Source: Marsupella aquatica
Lineage: Eukaryota > Plantae > Marchantiophyta
Assembly (NCBI GenBank): GCA_973895155.1
Contig: OZ316898.1
Span: forward strand, 15,654,330 to 15,718,329
DNA: 64,000 bases
Direction: 5' to 3'
Position 1 is the stretch's first letter, and every line of letters starts with the position of its first letter. Below the pieces are notes generated by a model. It saw only the letters and a list, made by a program, of their open reading frames with translations, had not been told where the DNA came from and did no database searches. The position numbers and the translations under genes were made by a program. Below, piece after piece: positions 12,504-26,544 of the stretch.

Positions 12504-14300
12504 CTAGAGCCTCGGCCACACTCCCCTCCGAGGCACTGTCCTCCTTGTCCTCCCCCTCAGCATCCTCCTCACTACTCTCCAAGTCCTCCTCACCCCCCTC
12601 ATCATCCTGCACATTACATTAATCCCCAATCCATATTTGTCATTCAATTCCGCATGTATGAAATGTAAGCCATCTATGATCAATTTAATAACCACACTTA
12701 CCGACGCCAACATGTCGTCCATGTGAATCTTCAGAGCCCGTGCACCATGCTTCTTTGCCAACTCCCTCTCTGCCGGCAGCAATGGTCGTCCATGCTCCTT
12801 CTCCTACACACCCCATTCACATGCCACCCCACCTAATGTAAATTATTGCAACCATACCCTGGCCTAAACACCTCAACCCTTAAACATTAAATTACCATTC
12901 AAAACACTTAGCCGTTCACCATCGCCAAATTAAATTTTGAATTTTGAATTTTCCAATACTAAAAGAATCGGTGCCCTCAATGGTTCCGATTGTTTTATAA
13001 CTTCCGATGCTGCATCCGATACTTTAAGAGTCGGACTGAAATCGGACATTACAGTTTGAGAGGAAAAAAACTAAGGCATACATGCATACCGTAGCAACTC
13101 GATCAATGGCACTACAAACAAAGACCTTGCACAGGTTTGAAAAGGCAGGCATTTGTCAATTGGCCTCAGGGTGATTAGGAAGGAGGACTGTTGCTGCTGA
13201 GCAAAGGCATGGAGAGGAGGGGAGTGGAGCACTTACAAAATCAGCCTTGAGACGCTGCGAGCCACCCTACCCCATCCTGTGAGTAACCTTTGGCCTCTTT
13301 TCCACTCTCAATAGAGCCTTCGTTAGCCAGGATGGTGGGTCTCCAAGCTGTGTTGATCTCGCTGACCAATCTTGAAGCTCTTGATGCATGGCCTCAGTAC
13401 TCACGAGCTCCCCTTGTTGAATCTTTTTCTGAGCTTCTGCGATTTTAGCTTCCCAGTGTTGTGTGGCTTGCCAAGCTCAAACTTGCAATTCTTCTTCAAG
13501 CCAAGCACACCAGGCATCGTCGGGAATCTCACCACCCGGGCATCCACCTTTCCTGATCACCTCCTCATCCAGTTTGCAATCAGCCAGGTACTTGCGCATC
13601 TTCTCCCTTACATGATTTTGCATGTATGCAAGTGAGACTGAGTTTTTTTGTTTAAGAATCGATCATCCAAGAAAGACCCATTTGAAAACCTCTCCTTGAT
13701 TTGCTCTCTAATTCGAAATCTCTCATCCTGCTTCTTCTTCCCCCAATAGTCCATGGGGCCAAAATGAGACCTCACAATCTGCCTGAGCTGACTCCGGAAC
13801 AAATGATAACTCTTGGACAGTGGACCCCCTCCCTCATTCAGAAATAGTTTTGGCCTCTTGGCCCTTTCCTCTGCCTTCCTCTTGTCCTCCTCAATCCTCT
13901 GTCGTTCTGCAGCTCGAGCCTCCCTTCGTAGGCTCTTCTCCTTTTGTCTTGGGGAAAGGGCCTCAATTGGTCTCTCTCCCTTGTCCTTCGCTTCTTCTTC
14001 CTTTGCCTCTCCTCCTCAAGCCTACATTCAAATCTCTTCTCTGCATCAGTCATGGCTGCCTTCTGGGAACTATCGATCAGGCCCTGAGTAAGCTGAGTTG
14101 CCTGCAGTGCAACCTCCGCAGAGAGGCCCACCTTCTCCCTGAACAATTGGGCCATGATCTCACCATAGCTCATGGATGGCCCAACACCGTCTCCCCCTCC
14201 AGCATTGCCTTCCATAGCTGCGAGCTCCGCAAATGTGCTTGTCAAGTGCTTCCGACGTTTGCTCCGACTGAAGTGCTTTTGCACTTTAGTCGGGAAACCT
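12504..14300 (-). pseudogene. CACTA-1 accessory (TnpA-like) gene remnant, divergent from the transposase
   Basis: Fragmented minus-strand ORFs 13838-14371, 13608-13802 (FRSQLRQIVRSHF..W) and 12504-12782 inside CACTA-1. TnpA identity is inferred from position and composition only. Confidence 0.45.
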
Positions 14301-15305
14301 AAAACCTGAAAACCATAAAGTTTGATACTTTTCATATTGCAAATTCTGACCCTAAATGCATCGGAAAACATATCAGAAATACCGACATTGTGTGAATCGG
14401 ACCCCTCCTCTGTAGTGTCGGACCTAGCTAGCCCTCCTTTGCAGTTTGTTAAGGATTATAATTAAAATGGGATGACCTTGGCATTTGGATTCCTATATAT
14501 ACTAGTGGCGCCCCCTTTTATGTTTTGGGGGTTACTTATGTGGATATTGTGGGCTTTTTTATTAGGTGTGGCATGCAAAGAACGGACATTTAGTTGGCGT
14601 CACAAAACACACACACACACCCATTTTTGTTTGGTATGTATATATGGATGATATTGAATATATATGTACCTAGCTAGATATACGTTGCTTTCCGGTTGAA
14701 TCTAATTCAATTCCTATTTCACCATGGGGTTTGACATGCCATATGCATGGTGCAACTTTTGGGCACTAAGAATGGATTCAATTAAACACTCAACATTCTA
14801 GTGTCGTGTTGTGCAGCTTGTTTTTTTGTTTTTGGAGGGTCGGGTCGTTGGTTTTCCTTGGATTTTGAGTAGGGTTCATTTTGCCAATGCATTATGCACA
14901 GTGAGAGTCCGCATATTCAAAAGGTATGATATCCTCTAAAATATCTCAAAATTATTGGACATGATGCATTAGTTGTGGCATGGGACTTTAAAATTGCACA
15001 TCCAACTCTTCATTCATATTTGTTAACTTTCTTAATTCTTGTTTTGTTCAGGTTGAGATGTATTCTTATCTCATCTTCAACTTCCCCACCTAGCCTGTAC
15101 GTGCAGGTATTTTGGATTGGCCTTAGCATATAGTCTAAGGCTTGATTAGAGCCTAGTTGGCACTGAGAGCGCGGATATCATTCAGGTACAAAGTCCAACT
15201 TTGCTAATTATTAACATACAATTTCCAATTTGGGTTAACTTCAAGTTAAGGTGATGAATGTTGAATTTGGGTAAAGACTTGTTCTGTGTAATTAATTGGC
15301 AGACA

Positions 15306-15532
15306 ATGTCAACTTTTGGGAGTGCGGATACAAATTCCAACTCCGACATGTCTTCTTCTCAGGGGGAAATTCCTCCCCCCTGAACGGCCTTGGGTGCCCC
15401 CTCCATTGGGCCCTATTCCATGCTGGTGTGTTAGATTAAAGGAATGGTGGTGCGTCAAGCGTGGCAGTCCATTGAACACATCAAAAACTATGGGAGGCAT
15501 GAGGGTGATTTACCAGGATATTCAGCTTGCCA
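15306..15532 (+). pseudogene. CACTA-1 exon 1 (transposase-associated Cys/His domain), frameshifted
   Basis: PPLGPIPCWCVR...IEHIKNYG.H.GDLPG followed by a GT donor; homologous to 43346-43572. Confidence 0.75.
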
Positions 15533-15643
15533 GGTATTGCTTGACATAATCTCCGCTATGATACACTATATATCATAATAGTTGGGTTGAGAACTTTAAT
15601 TTAGGATACAATTATTAATTATTGTTTGTTTATGATTGAATAG

Positions 15644-16246
15644 GTGCTACGTAGGACCCCTACTCCATTGGTCTCTAGTCAACTATGGCATGATGCATTC
15701 CCTAGCTGGTGCTAGAGAGTTACTTGCATCATCAGTTGAAGACGCTGACCAAGCATCTACACCCGCCCATGTTGACACAAATGTTCTTTGTGAACCCACA
15801 GTGGTAGACTCAGAGCATGATAGACATGATGCACCACCACCTACTAGAGTTCTACGCACAAGACCCCATTCTCATAGACAAAGACATCAGCATGTAGTCA
15901 TTGACACAGACACAACCCATGAGCATTTTGGAAATAGTGATATGCCTCCACTAGGGGAGGAGTACATAGCAGTTGAAGTGAGGTTGGGCTTATCATATGT
16001 GACGGGCAAGGCAATGAGTGTCTTGAAGGATTTTTCCCCTAAGATATTTGTGATTCCATCTGGCATAGGTAATAAAATCCCGGTACATATTTGGGGTCGG
16101 CAATGGATAGTGAAGGCATCGACCCTTGGTGGCGAGGTTGGATTAGGCTTATTTGCTTTGGAAGACATTCTGGTCCCTCCAAAGCCTTGGCGTCATGGTT
16201 ATGATGGGGAGCACCTTTTCCCTTACATTGGGCCTGTGTATACATC
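15644..16246 (+). pseudogene. CACTA-1 SET-domain exon, N-terminal part (split by the Mutator-like insertion)
   Basis: WIVKASTLGGEVGLGLFALEDI...HLFPYIGPVYTS; aligns to 42280-43236 and continues at 34251. Confidence 0.85.
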
Positions 16247-16829
16247 GAGGTGTTTACAAAAGGTAGTAAATAGCAAACAACAAACTATAACAGGAACTGG
16301 TAACAACAAAATTTCCTATTTTGGGTGCATATTTCTCTTGGTATTGTGGCAAAATTTCAAAAAACCGTTCCTAAAACACTGATAATTATGCGATGCCGAA
16401 TACTAGCGCCGGGCATTTATAGGCAAAACAAACACAAACGCATCATGCCAAATACTAGCACCAGACGTTCAAACCCAAAATAATGAAACATTAATCGCCC
16501 AAACATGTCGAATACTAGAGCCGGCGCTTCACATGCTTTGTGGAGCAAATCACGAGAACGTAGGAGTGATGTTCAGGCTGAGAGCCAAATAGAAACCAAA
16601 CATTTCTAACAGTCTAGGTTCAATATCAAAGCACAAAAGCAGGACTTAACCAAGGTATCTGAGTCAGAACGTCAAACGGGAAATTGAAAGAAAAGAAACC
16701 CGAGCTTTTTTATTTAAGTGAAACATATTGTCCTCGATGTACAAATATTGCTACATAGAAACACTAAAGTTTCCAATACAATTGTAACTAGCGCCAGGTG
16801 CTAATACTCCCGGTGGGTGCTTCCTCGTA

Positions 16830-18125
16830 CCATATCCTAGCTTGAAGAGTGACAGTCATCGTCAATCCCAACATCCTAACGATCTGGATCTTGGCGGAAA
16901 CCATCTAATCAGAAGTTGACATATGCTCTCGTGGGCCGTCGATACACTGGTCTCCGAAAACCCGCTTCTAGGAGATTTGTATCTTGAAAGTCGACACGTC
17001 CATACACCTCTTGAAGTCAACGATGGAGAGGCAATGGCACCTGCATGGGTTCGGGCAGGTGAACAGAAAACCTCTCCATAAATGGTGGCGACGGAACATC
17101 ACGCTGCCAAGGGATGTTCCTCTCCCTGGGACTGATACCTTCATCTGGCGCAAGATGGAGGCAATTGACAAAGTCTGTGGTTTTTGTCTCAACAGATTCA
17201 GTCCTTGTCTCGAATGAAGTAAAGTGAGTCAAAACGGGAAGAATGTGATTTCCTTCAATAACCCTATGTGCGCCAATCTCCATTCCCATATCTCTATCAA
17301 TACCAGAGTTATTAAGATCCGGATGTGGCCCTACATTGGAGCTTCCAAAATGGCCTTCCATGGAATCGAGAAGGAGAAAAACGAGTGCAATGGACTTTGA
17401 AAGAAGCAAGCAATGTGCAGAACTGATAAGTTTTGATATCCCAAACACAATAATATGTTTATAAGGCACTTGGATTTCCCGTTATTGGTCCTCTTCTCGG
17501 TACCAGTCTCCGACTGAAAGCCAAATGACCGTTGGACGGAAATGACAAATTTCAAACGGAAACTTCCAACGTATTTTTTTAGGGGGTACCATTTTGGGGA
17601 GCGTCGGGCGCTAGTTAAATAAGGAGAGGAACCCACACAAAGGACGTTATGAAAGACCCCATTACCAGGTTTGACAAACCCATTAACCATTGAATGGAAG
17701 TGGCAATCTCCCACAAACTCAATTCCGATTTAATAAATTCAATAGCGCCAGGTGCTAACAAAAACCAAGGGCAGCGTACAGTTGAGAGGTACAGTTGATC
17801 AAGGAGAAAATTGCTACCCTTCAGTGTCAGATTTTGAGCTATCATTCTGGGAGCTATGAGATCTGTCGGTCGACTCTGCCTCATCATCAATATACTTGCT
17901 TCTAGAAACATCATCTATATAGGGGTTCCTCATGAACTTTCTGTCTACTCCCCTAAGAAGCCTAAGTCCTTTTGTTTCCCAACATAGCGTCCTAAATTTC
18001 TCTACCTTCCTCGCGACGTTCTCAGCGTATGATGGCAACACAAACGGCTTCTTGGGAGTGATGATTACATTTTGAGCCACTTTCCTTCGGAGTTGAAACC
18101 GTTTTCTTTGGTTCCATTCTGACCT
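16830..18125 (-). pseudogene. Uncharacterised accessory gene remnant of the Mutator-like element
   Basis: Exon-like blocks (17017-17422, 17818-18123) with splice-like boundaries, separated by AT-richer DNA holding palindrome copies. No recognisable domain. Confidence 0.3.
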
Positions 18126-18238
18126 GCTCAAAAGAGAAACGGAAGAGAAAGAGGAAGTAAGTACTTAACCAATAGAACCGGTGGAATTGAAGGTTAGCCA
18201 ACAATTGAAAGGATAAAGGAGCTTACGAGAGACAAAAA

Positions 18239-21200
18239 TTACTCGGAAGACTCTTCGCTATCCTCCGTTGACCCTTCATGCCGGGTTTCCTCTTTCCCAC
18301 CGTCATTGACATCCTCAGGAACCTCATCTTCTAGAGTCCCATCATCTTCGTCCGAATCAAAGTTGAGGACATATCTAAGTCTATCTTTCTTTTTTTGTCC
18401 AGTTATTTGAGGAGGGGGAGGTTGTGTCTCCAAAGGTTTGGGAGAAATGAGGTCCAAAAAAATCCTCGAAGCGGTCTCAACAAACTCCCAACGAGTTTCT
18501 AACCCGATGACAAAACGGCCCGAGTAATCCCCAGCAATGAACGTACTACCTGAGCCGACGGTCCAATCAATTACAATATCCTTAGGTATCGTAAACAGTT
18601 CTAGGATAGTTTGCATAAAACCAATCGGTAGTCGGGCATTCCCAGTAACATGGAGTTCAGGACAATGATCTTCCTTCAAAGATTGTAGCCCAATAAGGTT
18701 TGAGATTGAAGGATCTTCAGCGCTAGACAACGGCTTGAACCTTGGATCCTTTGGGACCTTTCCCTTAAAAGAAACTCGACAAACTATATCCAGTCTAAGA
18801 GTGAAGACCTGCAAAAGTAGACAAACCAATTGGATTTTAAAAATCTCTTAGTCATGCGAGAAGACCTCCTAATAAATAAAGATTGGCGTCGGGCGCTAGT
18901 ATAGCTATACGCAAAGAGAACATTTACCTGGACATCTGTCTTGGATCTGTACATTGGGACAGACCTGAAAACATTGTGCGTATTGATGCACATGAACTTC
19001 TTGGATTGCTGACATGCAAAAATGACCTTGGAAATCTGATCGTGGTCATCCAAGTATAAGATGGTGAGCATGCCATCATCCGAAAGGAAAGGATCCATCG
19101 CCCGGAAAAACGATTCGGCTGCTGTGTGATCTGTTACATTCCATTTCGGGACCCGACGGTCAACAATTGTGGGTTTCAAACCAATTGGGAGATAGATAAA
19201 ACCCGCATTCACCCCAAATGCATGATCGTTCCTTCCCACCTCTAATGACTCCTTTATATCTCTACACCCCGACTTGATCAAATCCTTACCCCACTTCTCA
19301 GCATCTGCAATCCAATCTGGCTTCTCTTCCTTACTAAATGCACTATCAATGAATTCTGCCAAGCTTGACTTGACCATACAGTGTCTTCCAAGTTTGGTCT
19401 TGAAATTCCCCACATCCCGTTGGATACCGGCCCCATAAGCATTATCTCATGACGATTTCCAAGCATCGATGGTCCTTTTCTTCTTCTTCTTCGTGCTTGT
19501 AGCATCCATAGGAACTATAACCTTCCCCTTCTCAACGGGGGTGATGGGGTCTGGATTGGCACTAGTGTTGGCCTCAGAGACTTGTGGTGTTGCATTTACT
19601 TTTGTGTCATCCATGGCGGCATCTGATTTTCTCCCACCTACCGAAAACAGTGTCAAGCACATAAAGAGTGTTAGCGCCAGGCGCTGGCCAAACACCTACA
19701 TTAATTTTGGGAAATAAAACATATTAAACTCACAACACATAATAGCACCAGGCGCTACCAAAGAAGGAAGTCGGAAGAAGGAGGTGTAGCTTACATTTTT
19801 TCCCAGACTTGGCACTAGCACTTGCCACAGGGGCATCCACCTTGGCTTTGGCTCTTGGTTTTTGGCTTCGATCAACATGAACCACAGTGGTTTCGCATTT
19901 TTTTTGCAACTGAGTTGTCGACGTGTTGACGTCTCCCTCAATTCCTTGCTTCATGTCGGAGACAAATTGTCTCGGAACTTGGGATTTCGACAGTTTATGG
20001 AAAGCGTCCTTCTCAGTGTCATCAAAAGGAGAATCCCATCTGTCATTGTCAAGATACCAAGGGCAATGAATTCTCTACCACTCTGACAATTTCCTCGGCG
20101 GAAGGATTCCCTCAGCGGGATACATCGAATACAGTTCGGCCAAAATGTCTCCGTCTGCGCAGATGACCCAATTCTGGAAAGCAGCTGGGTAAGCCCCAAA
20201 ATAGTCAAGCTTCACAATCTCCATGTGCATGAAGAAACGATAGACATATCGTTTCGCTCACTTTTGATTCTTGAGTGTGTAGTCTTCCTTGTCCGGGTAC
20301 TTGGACATCCACATTGTATTGAAAAACTTACCTTTCACTGCATCCCCAAATTTTTTGAAATCATTGCACACTATTTCAATGAGTGAGTCATAAGACTCAC
20401 ACTTCCATTCCTCCAATCGGTTGGAAGGAATTATTTCATTGATTTGCTGGAGGGCAGTCTACATCATACCAATGGCAATTCCCTCCACGCTATTCCAAGT
20501 TTGCCATGTGTGGCACCACTGCTTCACAGGGTCATCGCTAACACTTTGCGGATGAAAGAACTGCTTCCTAAGCTCTGGCGTGCAATGCGCTACTAACAAA
20601 GTGCTCCTCAATTTGGGATCGAGGGCGAAGACTGCTGTAAATAACCTGGCACGGTCCATGGTACAAACAACCGCATCCGGTTTCTTCTCATGTTTGTTCA
20701 CCTCGGTCATCGGGTACATCTCAGTGCAAGGTGTCATGAAGTCTTCAAAATCTGGACTCAACAAGGGAGTGATCTTTGAGACCTTGATCGCCCAATCCTT
20801 TGTTGCTTCTTTCATCATGACCGCATGTCGTTTGGACGTCTCTTGTTGAGACCAAGGATTTCCTTGAGCGGTAGCCGACTCTAGGTCCATCTTGAATTGA
20901 CGAGAATAGGATTTAATCTTATTCTCGCATAAGATATACAAAAGTGCTTCTTGAGGCATTTTCTTGGTATACCACGATCCTTTTCGAGTCTTCTGCATCA
21001 CCTGCCCAAATTTCTTGAAGTTTGCCCCATCGATGATTGACTTATAGTATTCTAGATTGTTTGACAAAATCCTCTTCATTTGGTCGGCATCAAGTATCCA
21101 GGAAGGTTCCACCACGGCCTATCCAAGCCTACAGAAGAATTTGTCAGTCAATAGCACCAGGCACTAGTAAAAAAGCATACTACGAACGAGAGACACTGAA

Positions 21201-21893
21201 ATTCAAAGAGAGACTTACTGGTTCATAGTATGCATAGCCGCCTCAATCTCAATCAAAGATCCCTTTTCACCCTTGAAAATAGTACATTGCACACGCGGGT
21301 GATACTTGATATCATCGGGATTTTCTTTCGTAACGATCGACCATGCGTAAAGTCGATGGCTACCGTCAAAAACGTAAAACATCTTATCCTGTAACACCCT
21401 GAAGTCTGGATTGGCCGCACATTCAGCTTCAAACTTCTTGTTCTTGGCCACCCACATCGGGTCCCAGGTCGCTCGAATTTCCGGAGTACACGTCTGGACA
21501 TTCCTATTCAAATCTGCCGGCTGGACATAAAACAACATTCCAATTTTTGAGTTATATCCTGTGCTACGAAAAGAGTCCTTCAACTTTTCAATTGAAGGAC
21601 TTCCCTTTTGTAAGGTGCGAACAACTTCCATGTGAACCAAGCGGCACATTGGAATCCTTGGTGGGTCTTTGTCATGCCCTCAAAAATCCTTGCCAAACAA
21701 CATAACGTGCTTCGAGATAACGTCGGACATTGTCAGCGACATTTCTCCTCGATCTTCCACAACGTATGTGTCGAGATTGTCCATCTTTTCTCTCCTGCTC
21801 TTTGGAAATGTGACAATCGTGACTATTTTGGGAGCTTGGGATGTTGTAGACCGTGTCACTTGACGACTGTAAACAGATCCAGAGAACAAGCAC
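18239..21893 (-). pseudogene. ParB/Srx-like N-terminal + beta-class N4C/N6A DNA-methyltransferase-like C-terminal fusion gene, disrupted
   Basis: FYVFDGSHRLYAW is a ParB-type DGxHR motif (~21340-21380). GFIYLPIGL...PKWN...FLSDDG sits at the DPPY position. ILELFTIPKDIVIDWTVGSGSTFIAGDYSGRFVIGLE matches motifs X-I-II. Phase-compatible introns at 21218-21129, 19794-19638 and 18927-18809. Some in-frame stops and frameshifts. Confidence 0.7.
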
Positions 21894-22873
21894 TCGGACG
21901 TCTGGGAATGGATCTGCTCTCTCTACCCGTTAGCACTATACCCATGCAAGGTGGTGGGGAGAGGGTCCATGTTTCGCATACACGAACTGCTTCACAATCA
22001 TGATGAGTACCTCATTCGTACCGTACTTCTTCTAGAGAATTCTTGCTCGAATAACCTCTGAAACAAAACCTAAATATAGCGGAAAAGGAAGGTGGAGAGA
22101 GTATCATCTCTAAACTATCCCCTCGCTACATTGATAGCTATTTACGACATTCTCCTGAGCGCCACTTGTCAACTTTTGATTAGTTGTTGGAATACTGTTG
22201 GCATATCTTCAATGTTACGTGACCTAACGTTACCGTTGAATATGACCGTTACATAAACAATTCGTTGGTTTTAATCTATATTCATAGGCGAAATCTCATA
22301 TTGGTCAATAGTAGCGTCTGGCGCTACCAAAAACTCTCACTATTTAAACCCTAATTTCTCCTAAGTCAAGACAAATTTGACCCTGAAGTAGAAAATAAAA
22401 AACAAAATGAATACATATTTTTGAATATTTGTCCTTAAATGGATGTCATGATTACCGTTTCAGATTAGCGCCCGACGCTAATATTAAATCTCCCCATTTT
22501 TGGAATATTTTGATAATATTTGTAAAATATCTACAAACATTTAGGATTTATGCTGAAACCCCGGGTATAATATTACAGTTTTATACCACAATTTAGGGTG
22601 TGGGTTTGAGTAGCGCCTGGCGCTAAATATATATTGCACCATTTTCAGTACATGTTGGAGTGAGGATGTTTGAGTAGCGCCAGGTGCTACTCAATTATGG
22701 TGATTTTATATACAGGATTATGCTGTTTGGAAAGGGACATCTTAGTGTCATTAGTGTAAATGTCGTTGACATAACGACAAAAAACATTTATTGTGTCAGA
22801 TGTGCTTTTGCCCGGTAGTGATTCTGTCGTATTCTAATGGCTCTGACAAACGGATTATTCACTATGAATACCA

Positions 22874-25800
22874 TTGTGTACGTTCGAAGACGTCATTCAT
22901 TATCGTGAACTAAGTGTCTTTGGGCTGGCTGATCTTGCAATGTCGAGGTCAATCGTTCTGACGCGTCCATCTACTGGTGACCTTGTATCCATTCCATTGT
23001 CGGCCAATGACGTTTACAAGCAAGTTAGTGAGAATTATCTATGTGGGCGCTTTGGTTTGGATTTGAACGACATTGAGGACATTTTGGAGGATGGAAATGG
23101 AGATGAAGCGTCTAATTTCATTGCTTCTTTTGATGTTGATGACAGGATTTGTTTTTGGCACCTGAATGCAGGAATGCGGTATTCTGTTGTCATTCAAAAA
23201 CCAGTACATCCGATCTCCCATCTTCATCCAAACCCTTTGTTGATGTTGTCTTGATTTCAGATAGCGACGATGATGGACCTTTTGGTTTGCCTGAGTCTAG
23301 TGCTAAACCCCCTCACACAGTTGTTAAATAGGAGGTTACCCCTATTAAACAGGAGGTTCCAACTATTGTTCCCAAGAATTCCATTGTATATCGAAGAAGT
23401 GCAATGGATACCATTCTCAAGTCAACTGGTTCTAGTGAAATCTCAAGGTTCATCGTGGCTGGGAACTTTTGCCATGAACAAGTCAACTGTTTGCCAAAGA
23501 AATACAATGGAAATATTGTATTCGAGTTGCCTCCTGCGACGGGAGCTCTTTCGAAGGGGTCACGTCTACGCGACATGGACCGGTTGAAGGATTGCTACAT
23601 CTAGACCAGAATATTTCCTACATCAGCTAATGTTCATCCCAAGAAATATTGGGAATTTGGTAAAGTAACGTGCACTGGTTCCATTGAGTGTAGGAATAAT
23701 ACTTGCGACTATTTTTGGCGGAAGAAAAGGAGGAACCAAAAGGCCTGGGCTCGAACCCCCAAACTGGGCGGGCAACATTGTGTTGGTTCATTCATTGACG
23801 AAGGTGGAGTAGTTTGCCACTTTTGTGATCAAGTTCCATTTTGTGTCCAATCCTGTCCAACACGTTTATTTTACATGTACCCTCAGGTTCTAGTTGACTC
23901 AGAAACCGTTACTCATATGTCATGCTTGGTGATTCATATGGGGATACACAACCATCCTTCAAGAAAGGTGTTTTCTCAAAGCGCAGAGAAGATTGTTGAG
24001 GAGGTTATCAAAAAGAAATTGGAATGAAATCCAATTTTCACCCCTGCTGGTGTAAAAAATGTTGCAACAGGGTCCTTTGTAAAGTCCTTGTGTGAAAGTA
24101 TGGAAGATATTGAAGATATTGAAGAAACAAAGATATTTGAGTCGCTCATGGTAGTTTCCACACCCCAGAAGTTTGCGTCCCTTTTTCGTAGTGTTAGACA
24201 GGACCAGAAAGGTTGAGGTGAACTAGATTTTCTTGTTTGGTATCAAAGAAATATCAACATGCCTTTCCTCCAAAGGTACCTCCTACCAGGTCAAGGATCT
24301 CAAGATGACCGTCCTCACATATTCAAGATGACTTCGATCGGCCATGGATCAGGCGTTGATCTTTTGAGACAAATGCAACCTGGTGGAAGTCTCGAAGGTG
24401 CTTGGGTAAGTTTTGATGTCATGAAACGACTCACAAAAGACTGGGTTACTTTTAGTGCGCATATTTACGATCACAACTATCGCGCTCTATGTACCTTATT
24501 TACTTGCGAACTAAAAGCAGAGGATACAGAGTCATTCAAGAAGGCTTGGAGACTAATGATTGAGGTGTCCAAGGAGAATGGATTAGAAAATCCGATCATT
24601 CATGGATTCATGGCGGACAATGCTCAAGCTGGATGGCTGGCAGTCCGAAACATCTTTTTTGGAGGGCATCCAAACCCAGAGCGTGAGCAAACTGACGCAT
24701 TCCATTTCTACCAAGCCTTCCATCGCCATTCAGTTGAAGGAGTCATTGAAGCGAGTCAAGCAAAGCATCGCAGGCTTTGGGATAAGATGCGAAATGCCCC
24801 ATATTTGTAGAGGCTTACAGACTTTCAAGGGAGATTGATTTGTGGTGGTAGTCAGGTAACTGTGTCCCCGGGAAGCTCCAGATGCTTCAGAGTTGGATTT
24901 CATGGTGGGTCGTCAGGTGGAGGCAATGGGGAAATTTTATTCGTTTGGTAAGTTGTTTTACTTTCCTTTCCGCTCTTTAGGTATTTCTCTGCTATATTCT
25001 CATTATAGAATGATTGTATCGATAGTGTAAACTTCTAATATTACAATACTATAGCATCCTTTAATACTAGCGCCTGGCGCTATTATTTACATGAACTGTC
25101 TGATGACACAATAGGACACAATAAGTTGTCCCTTAATCTACATTGCCAGTTTTTACTTCTAGGTACCGACTCCACTTCTCTAGCGCCCGACGCTAGTGTT
25201 TTCTTGTTGCGTAACAGGCAATTATTCTATGTAATTGCAGAACAAGAGTGTCAAAGAAGGGGCTAAGATTCCTAATTGTACAGGATCAGAGTCCGTGCAC
25301 GCAAGTATGAAAGCATGGGTAATGAAGAAAAAGGTTGGGCTCTTTGAGGCATGTGAAATGGACCAAAATCGAGCTATTTCTCAGGTTGCTGCTCACATTG
25401 CGTATCGGAAAGGGTTGCATAGAGGCAAAGGTCCCACAATTTGGGAACTCGCTTTCCAATCAGCGGACCAGGCAGGCTCCCCCAAGTTGTTTGAAGATGC
25501 AATGAATATGCTAGTAGTCCAATGCTGCCGAGTTTGACTTGGAGAGACGGGCACCTCTCAATGGAGACGTTGTCACCAAATCTTTGAAGAGGAAAGGACA
25601 TGCATCTGGGAATATCTCGCCACAAGACTCCCATAGGCATGATAAAATCCTTGTCACCTTGCCCAATACTAGATCAATGAAAAGGAAGAATCTTAATCGC
25701 ACGACGTTTGAGGCTATCCCTTGCCCCACGCCTCAAGTTATTCCTGTTGTTAATCTGTCTAGAAGTGACATTTTGGGCGGTGGAGAAGATGTCGATTTCA

Positions 25801-26544
25801 ATACCCCTCCTGCTCAAGACCAAACGCGTTCAACGAGGCTTCCCCAGACTGCTCCCTCTGTGCTCCAGCAATCATTACAAGAGTGTCCTGTCCGTGAGAC
25901 CGAGGTTGCTCCAACTGCATGGCAATTACGTCGAACTTCAAAATTTGGCGCTGGTCCTTAGTGCAACGGATCATTTGCCCATAATTCTGAAAGAGACGAG
26001 TGTTGCACTCGTGTGAAAAAAGTTGGATTTCCCTCACCACATGGTGTTATTGGCATTGTTGTCAAAGGACAACGCATTTTCAGGGGGGAACCCATAACCG
26101 AAATGATTTGGTTTTGCCCAAACAATACATGTTACAGAAGCCGCCCGCGTCGAGGTGTATTGAACCTGCCCCCTTTCCCTGATAAAAGGGACAAATGTTT
26201 CGGAAGACGAGATGCAATATCTTCTTGAGAACGGAATCTCCCTAGTCCGTGGAAATGAACGTACAACTAGACCCCCATCAGATTTTGATCTTCAAATCAA
26301 TGTCAATATCTTCCAGAAAATGTGAATCTTCTCAAACCCAATGTTCGTCTCCAAAGCCGGAATGGGAGGAATACGGTTGCTCGGTCAACTCTTACCCATG
26401 GTCACATGAATAGAATTGCGTCTGCAAAATAAGAGATGATGTCCATTTAGGGAGAGTGGGATGTCGCGATTGGGAATGCATGGGGAAAGCAGTTTAAGGT
26501 GCAAACGCACGAAAATATGCGGACACCGAATTGTTACTTTGTTC
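22874..26544 (+). pseudogene. MULE-type transposase with a GCM/WRKY-like Zn domain, disrupted
   Basis: CTGSIECRNNTC...CHFC...C...C...IHMGIHNHP (23670-23960). Core WVSFDVMKR...CELKAEDTES...W...GFMADNAQAGWLAVRNIF...FHFYQ. Intron from 24948 to ~25217. ESVHASMK carries a candidate catalytic E. Many stops. Confidence 0.75.

Noticed and set aside
14490-14510. TACTAGTG as a possible right TIR closing a short CACTA from 10380
   Set aside because: It matches the TIR for only 8 bp, the flanks (ctg versus gcg) give no 3-bp TSD, and family homology continues beyond it.
16247-16382. C-terminal tail of ORF 15636-16382 and N-terminal part of ORF 34138-34596
   Set aside because: Chance read-through into the Mutator-like element ends; the real SET frame joins across the tatacatc TSD.
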